DNA from: an uncultured Acidobacteriota bacterium
Lineage (GTDB): Bacteria; Acidobacteriota; UBA4820; DSQY01
Length of the DNA stretch: 64,000 bases
Direction: 5' to 3'
NCBI GenBank assembly: GCA_963772255.1
Contig: CAVYWK010000022.1
Coordinates: forward strand, 242,525 to 306,524
The notes beneath the pieces are model-generated. The model saw only the letters and a program-made list of their open reading frames with translations. It was not told where the DNA came from and did not search any database. Each line of letters starts with the position of its first letter. Within the stretch, counting starts at the first letter, position 1. A program made the translations under genes and the position numbers. Positions 31,667 to 39,623 of the stretch are shown piece by piece.

Positions 31667-33802
31667 ATGCTGTGGCTGGTGGCAGTGGGGCTCGTGACCC
31701 TTTGGGGGCAAGTGCTGCTCCTGAGGGAACTCCTGGTGGCTTTCTACGGCAACGACCTGGTCTACATCGTCGCCCTGGGCGGCCTCATGCTGTTCGCGGG
31801 GCTCGGCGCCCTTCTGGAGCGAAGACTGGGCCGCCACTCCGGAGCGAAGGTGCCCGCGCTCCTCATCGCCTTTGCGGTGGCCCTGCCCGTCCTTCTCGTG
31901 ATCCTCCGCGCGCTGGGGGTCCTGCTCGGCGGGACACCCGGCGCCGAACTCCCCCTGGGCCATCAGTTCCTGGCCCTGGGTCTCGTGCTCGCGCCCTACG
32001 GAATCCTGGCGGGGCTCCTTTTTCAGGGCGCGGCCACGCGCTATCTGAAAGCGGGCGGGACACTGGCGGGCGCCTATGCCACCGAGAGCTCCGGCGCCCT
32101 CGCGGGGGGACTTCTGGCCACGGTCACGGCGTTCCTGGGAATTTCCTGTTTCGCGGGAACGCTCCTGTGCGCGCTCGCGGCGGCTTGCGCGGCCTGCGTA
32201 CCTTGGACCGGCCGGCCACGCTGGCTCGCGGGGGTTGCGGCGCCGGTCATCCTCCTTCTCATGGCCGGATTGGCGCTCTCTCCGGGGCTCGACCGGAGCC
32301 TGACCGCGCTCAGCCATCCGGATCTTCGTGCCGCGGTGGACACGCCCTACGGCAGGACGGTGGTGGCGGGGGGCCTCGGGCAGGTGACGGTTTTTCACAA
32401 CGGCACCCTGGTCAGCGAGAGCCAGGGGACATCCTCGGAGGAATTCGTCCATCTGGCCGCATTGGAATGCGAGCTGCCTCGCCGGGTGTTGATTCTCGGG
32501 GGTACGTCGGAGGGACTCGCGGCCAGGGCCCTGGAACATGGTCCGCAACGCGTGGACCTGGTCGAGATGGACCGCGGCGCAGTGGACATCGAGAGCGGCT
32601 TCCTTCCGGAGAGGGACCGGGCGGCCCTCGCGGACGCGCGCGTGAAGCGTTCTTTCAAAGATCCCCGGCGGTTCCTGGCGGGAGCGGGCTCCTACGACCT
32701 CATCCTGTCGGCGGCGCCGGAACCCGGGTCGGGGGAGTCCAACCGCCTTTTCACCCGCGAGTTCTTTTCGCTATGCCGGGAGCACCTGTCCGCAGAGGGC
32801 GTGCTGGCCCTGCGCCTGCCCTCCTCCGAAAACCTCTGGACGAAGGCCCTCGCTTCGCGGAACGCCAGCGTGCTGGTCGCCCTGCGCGCCGTCTTCCCCC
32901 GGACCCTCGTCCTTCCAGGCACATCCGATCTGGTGCTCGCGTCTCCACGGCCCCTGGTGCGCGACCCCCGGATCCTCGCGGAAAGATGGAGAGCGCGAGG
33001 GATTGCGGCGCGCCTGGTGAACCCCGAGTACATCGCCTACCTCCTGACCAACGATCGTATCGCGGCGGCGGAATCGGCGTTGGCGCGGACCCAGGCTCCA
33101 GAAAATGCCGACGCGCGCCCGGCGTGCTACCCGTTCACGATGCTCCTGTGGCTCTCGAAGTTCTTCCCCGCCCTCGGGAATGTGTCAGCGCCGGGGACCC
33201 TGCCCTGGTACGGATTCGCCCTTCTCCCTGGTCTTCTCGCCGGCGCCGCGCTGCCGGCCCGCCGGCGCAACACGCTCCGCCGAGCCCTCTTCGTGGGTTC
33301 CGCCGGGTTCGCGGGAATGCTTCTGGAGGGCGCGCTCTTGCTTGCGTATCAGGCGCGGCGAGGCGCGCTATACCAGGACCTCGGCCTCCTCCTGACCTGC
33401 TTCATGGGCGGCCTGTGCCTCGGGGCTTGGGGCATGGGCCGCGTGGGGCGCAGGAAGGGGTCGGGTCTTGCAATAGCCCTCTGCACCTCCTCGGTGGGGG
33501 CGGTGTGCGCGTGGGCCATCCAGACGGGAGGGGCGGCGGGCCGGATGGGAACCGGGCTCCTTCTCGCGGCGGCCGGCGCCTGTGTGGGCGCCGCCTTCGC
33601 GTGGGCGGGGGACCAGGGCCAGGCCAACCCGTCAGCCCTGTCGGATCCCTCGCGGGGAATGGCCCCCCTCTACGCGGCGGATCTCTGGGGAGGATGCCTG
33701 GGCGCCCTGCTGGGAAGCTTGGTCTTCCTGCCCTTCTCGGGCCTCGCGTCCAGCGCCGGGCTTGTCTCACTCGTGGGGCTCGCCATGCTCCTGCTGGTTT
33801 GA
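31667..33802 (+). CDS. Multi-TM membrane protein with spermidine-synthase-like (Rossmann MTase-fold) domain
   Basis: Two TM blocks flank VLILGG, VDLVEMD, DPRRFL, YDLIL and LFTREFF. Confidence 0.8.
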   Translation: MLWLVAVGLVTLWGQVLLLRELLVAFYGNDLVYIVALGGLMLFAGLGALLERRLGRHSGAKVPALLIAFAVALPVLLVILRALGVLLGGTPGAELPLGHQFLALGLVLAPYGILAGLLFQGAATRYLKAGGTLAGAYATESSGALAGGLLATVTAFLGISCFAGTLLCALAAACAACVPWTGRPRWLAGVAAPVILLLMAGLALSPGLDRSLTALSHPDLRAAVDTPYGRTVVAGGLGQVTVFHNGTLVSESQGTSSEEFVHLAALECELPRRVLILGGTSEGLAARALEHGPQRVDLVEMDRGAVDIESGFLPERDRAALADARVKRSFKDPRRFLAGAGSYDLILSAAPEPGSGESNRLFTREFFSLCREHLSAEGVLALRLPSSENLWTKALASRNASVLVALRAVFPRTLVLPGTSDLVLASPRPLVRDPRILAERWRARGIAARLVNPEYIAYLLTNDRIAAAESALARTQAPENADARPACYPFTMLLWLSKFFPALGNVSAPGTLPWYGFALLPGLLAGAALPARRRNTLRRALFVGSAGFAGMLLEGALLLAYQARRGALYQDLGLLLTCFMGGLCLGAWGMGRVGRRKGSGLAIALCTSSVGAVCAWAIQTGGAAGRMGTGLLLAAAGACVGAAFAWAGDQGQANPSALSDPSRGMAPLYAADLWGGCLGALLGSLVFLPFSGLASSAGLVSLVGLAMLLLV

Positions 33803-33882
33803 GTGGTCGGTCTCAGTCGACGATGAAGACGCGGGCGCCCCGATCGGAGATGGCGCTGTGGGGGTTGGCTTCGTCGTCGGGT

Positions 33883-35173
33883 TCAGGTTTTGGCGAGGAG
33901 TGCTTCGAGGTAGCGCGATTTCACCTGCCGCGAGGCCAGCGCCTGCTTGATCGGCGGCATCTTGAGGAGGACGCCCAGGATGGCGGCGACGGCCCGGTGC
34001 CCGTAGGAGGCCTGGCCGTCCACGAGGAGTTCTGCGAAACATCCCCGCTCGATGGCCATGAGGACGACCTTGTGCGAGGTGTTGAGGGGGGTGAGGACGC
34101 GCTCCGCCCTGGCGCGGAGGTGGATCGCCTCCTCCGGGCAGGCCTGGACGCAGACGCCGCAGCCCAGGCACCGGTCCTCCTCCAGCTTGGCCGCCTTGGC
34201 GGCCGGTCGCCGGGCGTTGTGGGCGGAGACGAGTTCCAGGGCATCCACGGGGCACGCCGAGACGCACTTCCCGCACCCGTTGCAGGCGGCTCCCGTCAAG
34301 TTCGGGCAGGAAGTTGGTCGTGTGGACGGGACGCATGAAGCCGAAGCGCCGGGCGGCGATCAAGGCTTCGCAGCAGCACCCGCAGCAGTTGCAGATGAAG
34401 CTCACGCCTTCCCTCACGTTCTCCCCAAATTGCACGAGCCCCGTCTCCCTCGCCGCCGCCAGCAGATCCAGGCACTCCGCCGCCTCCACCCTCCTCGCCG
34501 CGCCGTGCCGAGTGAGGGAGGAGGCGGCCGTGCCGAAGGTCATGCAGATGTCCAGGGGGGCGTCGCAGGCCCGGTCCAGGTGGGCCATCTTGTGCCGGCA
34601 GTAGCAGAGGCCCACGCCGATGGCCGCGGCCCCCCGCACGACTTCGCTGGCCCGTTCGTAGTCCAGGACCTGGAGGGGGCCCCTGGCTTCAGCCTTGGGG
34701 TTCACGAGGGCCGTTTCGTTGACGAAAACCCGCCCGAGCTGCGTCTCACCTCGGGCGAAGAGCTCTCGGACGAAATCTTCCTCCACGTTGAGGTACTGGT
34801 AGAAGAGCTCGGAGAGGGCTCTCTGGTCCACGTCGCCTCTCACGCGCATGAGGGAGAACTCGAAAAAACCCGCCATGGGGGGCGGGAGGACATACCGCGT
34901 CTCCCCGTCCTCGGGGTAGTCCAGGAGGAGGGCCCGGTCCGCCAGGGCATCGAGAATCTTCCGCGCGTCCCCTTCGGGCAGGCGCCAGAGCGACGCGGCC
35001 CGCTTGGCCGTAAAGGGCCGGATGGGAAGCTGCGCCACCAGGGCGGCCTCGCGCTCGCTCAGCAGAATCTTCAGAATCTTGAAGAGCAACTCGGAGGGGG
35101 GCGCGCCCTGGGGAAATCGATTGAGCCGATCCACCAGGTCGTCGTAGCTCCCCTTCAGCGTTTGATGGGCCAT
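33883..35173 (-). pseudogene. 4Fe-4S dicluster protein interrupted by a +1 frameshift (may be a sequence error)
   Basis: CYCR and ICNCCGCCC are in one frame; two CxxCxxCxxxCP ferredoxin motifs are in the next. Deleting one base of the 3-base run at 34292-94 gives a 429-aa ORF. Confidence 0.8.
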
Positions 35174-35266
35174 GGCCGGTGCGCTCCCGAACCCCAAGAA
35201 TACACCCAACGGGGCGCGCTAAACTTCTGCCGGTTTCGGGCGTACCATGGCACGGGAGGGAGAGCC

Positions 35267-36487
35267 ATGAGCCGAGCGCGCTACGCATCGCTGAAACCCG
35301 TCTTGGAACCGGACCGCCGGGATTTTCTGAAGACCCTGGGCGTGGCCGCCGCGGGGGGCTTGGTTTTGGGAGTGCCCGATTTCGCGGACGAGCAACCTCC
35401 CGCCAAGCCGGCGCCTCCACCCGCGGAGGTGGAGACCAACATCGCCGACTTCATGAAGGTCCCCAAGGGCAAGTTCGCCCTCCCCGGCCCCTTTCCCGGC
35501 AAGGTGGTCCAGGTCACCGATGCCAAGTCCATGAAGGACCGTAACGTGGACCCCAAAGTGGTGTCCAAGATGTTTGAGAAGGGGCTCACCGAACTCACGG
35601 GGCTGTCGCCCCGGAAGAGCTTCGAACTGCTCTTCACCAAGGATGACGTGGTGGGGATCAAGGTCAACCCCGTGGGCGCCCCCCTCATCAACACCACCCC
35701 CGCGCTCGCCCTGGCCGTGGTTTCTTGGCTCGAAGCCAACGGCCTGCCCCGGAAGAACATCATCATCTGGGACCGCTTCGACGACATGCTCAAGGAGGCC
35801 GGGTTCACGGCCGAGCGCTTCCCCGGCGTCCGCATCGAGTCCCTCCAGACCATGGCCGAGGACGGAAAACCCTGGAAGAACGACAAGGGTGAACACCCCA
35901 GCGCGGCCAATTTCGACAAGGACGCCTACTACTTCGCCAAGGGCGTCATGGGCGCGGGCGTGAAGGGCTACGAGAACGACGACGCCTACGCCAACCAGCA
36001 CGTCTTCACCGGAGAGTATTCCTACTTCGGCAAACTCGTCACCGGCGGCCTCACCAAAATCATCAACCTGGCGGCCTTCAAGAACGCCGGCAACGGCATC
36101 TCCATGGCCACGAAGAACCTGGGCTACGGCGCCATCTGCAACACCGGCCGCCTCCACGCCCCCCTCTTTTTCAAGGTGTGCACGGAGGTCTGCGCCGCGC
36201 CCTGGGTGAGGGACAAGCTCGTCCTGAACGTCACCGACGGCATCCGCGGCCAGTACGACGGCGGGCCCATGGGCAACGAGCAGTTCTACTTCCCGAACCA
36301 TTCGCTCTACTTCGCCACCGACCCCTTCGCGCTGGACCGGGTCTGCCACGACCAGATCGTGTCCAAGCGAAAGGCCATGGGCGTCAAGGTCAACGACCAT
36401 CCGCGCTTCACCGATTACCTGGACTATGCCCAGAAACTCGGACTCGGCGTGGCCGACCCCATGAAAATCAAGCTCTACAAAGTGTGA
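35267..36487 (+). CDS. DUF362-like protein with twin-arginine signal
   Basis: DRRDFLK leader, VGIKVN, IIIWDR, MATKNLGYG, FATDPFALD and LGLG. Confidence 0.78.
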   Translation: MSRARYASLKPVLEPDRRDFLKTLGVAAAGGLVLGVPDFADEQPPAKPAPPPAEVETNIADFMKVPKGKFALPGPFPGKVVQVTDAKSMKDRNVDPKVVSKMFEKGLTELTGLSPRKSFELLFTKDDVVGIKVNPVGAPLINTTPALALAVVSWLEANGLPRKNIIIWDRFDDMLKEAGFTAERFPGVRIESLQTMAEDGKPWKNDKGEHPSAANFDKDAYYFAKGVMGAGVKGYENDDAYANQHVFTGEYSYFGKLVTGGLTKIINLAAFKNAGNGISMATKNLGYGAICNTGRLHAPLFFKVCTEVCAAPWVRDKLVLNVTDGIRGQYDGGPMGNEQFYFPNHSLYFATDPFALDRVCHDQIVSKRKAMGVKVNDHPRFTDYLDYAQKLGLGVADPMKIKLYKV

Positions 36488-36498
36488 GGCCCAACGCC

Positions 36499-37392
36499 AT
36501 GAGATGCCTCGGGGTGCTGACGGCGTTGCTTTTCTTCGGCGTGGCCGCCTCGGCCGCCGGTGATGCGGCCCTCCTGCCCGCAAACGGGTTCGCGCCGGGT
36601 TGGACGCAAGATGGGCAGGCGAAAATCTATGAGGGAGAGGCCCTCTACGACCACATCGACGGAGGCGGGGAAGCATTCCTGGAACTGGGCTTCGAGGCCT
36701 GCATCGTCCAGCGGTATCGGAAGGCCCCGAACCAATTCACCTTCGAACTCTACCGGATGAAAGACACCGCCGCGGCCCTCGGAGTGTACCTCACGAACTG
36801 CGGTCGCGAGACACCCGACGAGTCCTTCGCGGAGCGCCACACGGTAGGCCGCAACCAACTCCTGGCACAGAAGGGCCGGTACTACCTGGTAGCCACGAGC
36901 CCGGAGGCCTCTCCGGGCATGCCGCAGGCCCTCCTGGCCGCGGCCAGAGCCGTGACCGAACGGCTCCCTCAGACTGAACCGCCGGCCATCTTGGCGCTCC
37001 TGCCCAGAGAGGGTCTCATTCCCCATTCTGAGCGTATCGTGCGGGGCTCCATAGGCTTGCAGGCGTTCGTGACCCTCGGTGAGGGGGACGTGCTCCTGCT
37101 CGATCGCAGGGCCACGGCCGTGGCGGGGGACTATCAGGGAAAGGGTGGCGGACAGCGGACGCTGATCGTGGCCGAGTATGCCTCGGATCAAGAGGCGTCT
37201 GCCGCCCTGCGACACCTCACCACCAACCTGGATCCGACGCTGTCCGTTCTCTTTGCGGGCGACCGCGTTCTGGCGTTGAAGGATAGCAAGGGCCGCTTCG
37301 GTGAGGCCACCCTTCAGGGTGCCCGCCTGACGATCCAGCTCGGTTTGGAGACGCCACCCTCCCAACCCCCACAGCGAGGGTCCGCGCGCTGA
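36499..37392 (+). CDS. Secreted hypothetical protein (DUF6599-like)
   Basis: Sec signal (..AASA-AG) and LYDHIDGGGEAFLELGF..YRM..AALGVY pattern recalled for this family. Confidence 0.6.
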   Translation: MRCLGVLTALLFFGVAASAAGDAALLPANGFAPGWTQDGQAKIYEGEALYDHIDGGGEAFLELGFEACIVQRYRKAPNQFTFELYRMKDTAAALGVYLTNCGRETPDESFAERHTVGRNQLLAQKGRYYLVATSPEASPGMPQALLAAARAVTERLPQTEPPAILALLPREGLIPHSERIVRGSIGLQAFVTLGEGDVLLLDRRATAVAGDYQGKGGGQRTLIVAEYASDQEASAALRHLTTNLDPTLSVLFAGDRVLALKDSKGRFGEATLQGARLTIQLGLETPPSQPPQRGSAR

Positions 37393-37488
37393 TTAAGCCC
37401 GGGAGGTCAAGTCAACCTCCACGGCGCGCCTGACTCTGTCAGGATCGGAGTCACCGGAGCGGAGTTCCCGCTCCCGTAAGAAAAGGGT

Positions 37489-37824
37489 TCAGTGCTTCCG
37501 GTGCACGGGTAGGCTGTCCAAGATCTCCAGGAGGGCCGCCGTGTCCCGCGGGGCGGGGGTCTCGCGGTTGGGGATCGCCTGCAGATCCTCGATAGCCTCC
37601 TGAAGCGCCACGAGTCTGCAGGTCCCGCGAAGCGGGTGCCCTCCAAGAAAGCCCCAGGAGCATTCCGAGCAGTGGTCCCCGCAACCCAGATCGGTCTCGG
37701 CCTGGCTCATGTCGATTTTCGTAATGTGGTCCTGGAGGAAGTCGGCCAAGTTGCGTCGCCCGCCCCAACGCGCCGTCTTCAGATATTTTCTCGCCTGCTG
37801 TATCCAGCGCTCGGTTTCATTCAC
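37489..37824 (-). CDS. Hypothetical 111-aa protein with Cx3Cx2C-x13-C (paralogue of 28192-28527)
   Basis: RBS aggagg + GTG. Aligns without gaps to the first copy. Confidence 0.8.
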   Translation of the reverse strand: MNETERWIQQARKYLKTARWGGRRNLADFLQDHITKIDMSQAETDLGCGDHCSECSWGFLGGHPLRGTCRLVALQEAIEDLQAIPNRETPAPRDTAALLEILDSLPVHRKH

Positions 37825-38078
37825 GTGGGCCTCCTGCCGGGGGAAAAAGGGTGCACCCGCGGCCTACTTAGAAGAGAACCGTCCTTGCGTGCGATTTGTT
37901 CCGTTCCCCCGTCCCTTGAGGAAGAATCGCACGACGGGTGTGTCACACGAAGTCCTGCGGGAGCCTCCAGGGTGAGCTGGTCATCGGCCATGGATTCGGC
38001 CATGGATTACGCCCCATGCGAACGAGGCGGGCGGTTGGACCGCCCGCCTCGCAATGGGGTGGGACAGCGCACGTGCCG

Positions 38079-38429
38079 TTAGGTCTTGCGGATCTGTCCG
38101 ACCCTCAGGCCCGGGAGTCCGTCGCGCTCCACCAGCACACCGCTCACCGTGGCCCATTGATCCCGGCCCGCCAGGCGCTCTGCGGTATTGAACGCGGCCT
38201 CTGCGTTCGATGACGGGAGGAGGAGATAGACCTGTCCCTCGGGCGTCACGACGCCCAGCTTGTAAGTGACCCCGGTGGGGGTTTCGCCTACTCTCACGTG
38301 CTCGACCTGGCCGTTCACCTCGATGGATTTGGCCCCATGCATTGCCGAAGAGGCGAATGCCGCGGGCGCCAAGCCCATGGTCGCGCAAACCGCCGCCACA
38401 CCAATCATTTGTTTCAGTTGGATCTTCAT
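38079..38429 (-). CDS. Small secreted hypothetical protein
   Basis: RBS aggagg, signal peptide ending AFA-SS and beta-rich mature region. Confidence 0.75.
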   Translation of the reverse strand: MKIQLKQMIGVAAVCATMGLAPAAFASSAMHGAKSIEVNGQVEHVRVGETPTGVTYKLGVVTPEGQVYLLLPSSNAEAAFNTAERLAGRDQWATVSGVLVERDGLPGLRVGQIRKT

Positions 38430-38765
38430 GGCCGTAACCTCCTAGCTGACGGGTGAGCCGCAAGGCTCGTGCCAGTGCCTGAGAAGGGATAACTACTTGA
38501 TAAAATGGCAGTTATGTCTGAATAGCGCCCAGGCGGCCGCGCCACCGTGGCGTGCCAGGGCGGCAGAGTCCCGCGCGGTGATCGAGGCCTCATGCCCGTC
38601 ATTCCGAAAGGACCGTGCACCGATCGGCCCTGCCGCCACCTAATGCGCCCGGCGCCGCGCGCGCGACGGTGCCCTACTTACAGATAGGCCCATCGTCCCA
38701 CCATGGTGGTCAAGCCTGGTGAGTTCTCCCTAGGTATTTCCCCCCTCCACGCCCGAACGATTCGC

Positions 38766-39599
38766 TCAGGCTTCCTCATCGGGAGGCGGGGGCTTGCGTG
38801 CCTTGGCGGGCTTGGGAGGGCGCTCAACGCGGAGAACCGCCGTGTGGACAACTCGATCGTGGGGCAGGCGGCGGTTGGAATCCCGCCAGAGGGACACGAG
38901 GGATAGACCCAGGGTGGCCGGGATCTCCAGGTACGCTGCGGCCCGCTCGAAACTCTCGAAGAGACCGAGCCGCTCCCCACCCAGTTGCACGACCCGGATC
39001 CCAAGGAGGCGCTTCCCGAGGGTCTGCCCCCGGCGCGAGGCGTGGCAGAGGGTGAAGTAAAGGGCCGCCACCCCGAAAAGGGCGAGGGCCCGGAAAGGCT
39101 TGGGGATGAGCTTCTCGACCTCCAAGAGGATCATCTTGTGGGGCAGGTGGACCTCTGGCCGCTCGCCGATGGCCAGCGCGACCATCATGTCGTAGCCCTC
39201 GAAGGCCGCAGCGAGTCTCACCTTATCGCCCCGCTCTACGGCCTCGACTGCTTCGGCAGGCAGGCCGGGGGCTTCGATGCGAACCAGGAGGGCCCCCACC
39301 GCCTCCCAGGCCACCTTGGCTTCGGGGGGGGCGGGCTTGGTGAATAGGAGGGTCTGGAGCCCCCGGTAGGCTTCGGGGTCGGTCATCCGCAAGGAACAGG
39401 CGGCGGCCGCGATGGCCACCGCCAGCGCCGGAAGGAGGAGGATCAGATAGTCTATGCCGAGTGCTACGGCCCGCCGGAGAGGCCCGGCCAGCGGTTGGCC
39501 GAGAAGCTCCGGCGCTACGTACATGGGTTCGTTCGTCAAATGGCGCGGACCCGTCTTCCCCCAGATGCCCATACGCATTCCTCCCCACCCTCCGGGCAT
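38766..39599 (-). CDS. RDD family membrane protein (start uncertain: 39599, 39539 or 39524)
   Basis: RRAVALGID, GQTLGKRLLGIRVV, FER and HDRVVHTAV. Confidence 0.88.
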   Translation of the reverse strand: MPGGWGGMRMGIWGKTGPRHLTNEPMYVAPELLGQPLAGPLRRAVALGIDYLILLLPALAVAIAAAACSLRMTDPEAYRGLQTLLFTKPAPPEAKVAWEAVGALLVRIEAPGLPAEAVEAVERGDKVRLAAAFEGYDMMVALAIGERPEVHLPHKMILLEVEKLIPKPFRALALFGVAALYFTLCHASRRGQTLGKRLLGIRVVQLGGERLGLFESFERAAAYLEIPATLGLSLVSLWRDSNRRLPHDRVVHTAVLRVERPPKPAKARKPPPPDEEA

Positions 39600-39623
39600 G
39601 CCCCCGGAGGAACAGGCAAAGGC

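Noticed and set aside
37984-38007. Tandem 12-bp repeat TCGGCCATGGAT x2
   Set aside because: Only two units and no spacers; not CRISPR or an evident functional array.
38595-38620. Resemblance to SRP (4.5S) RNA helix 8
   Set aside because: Has TCC-GAAA-GGA but lacks the conserved CAGG/AGCA internal loop.
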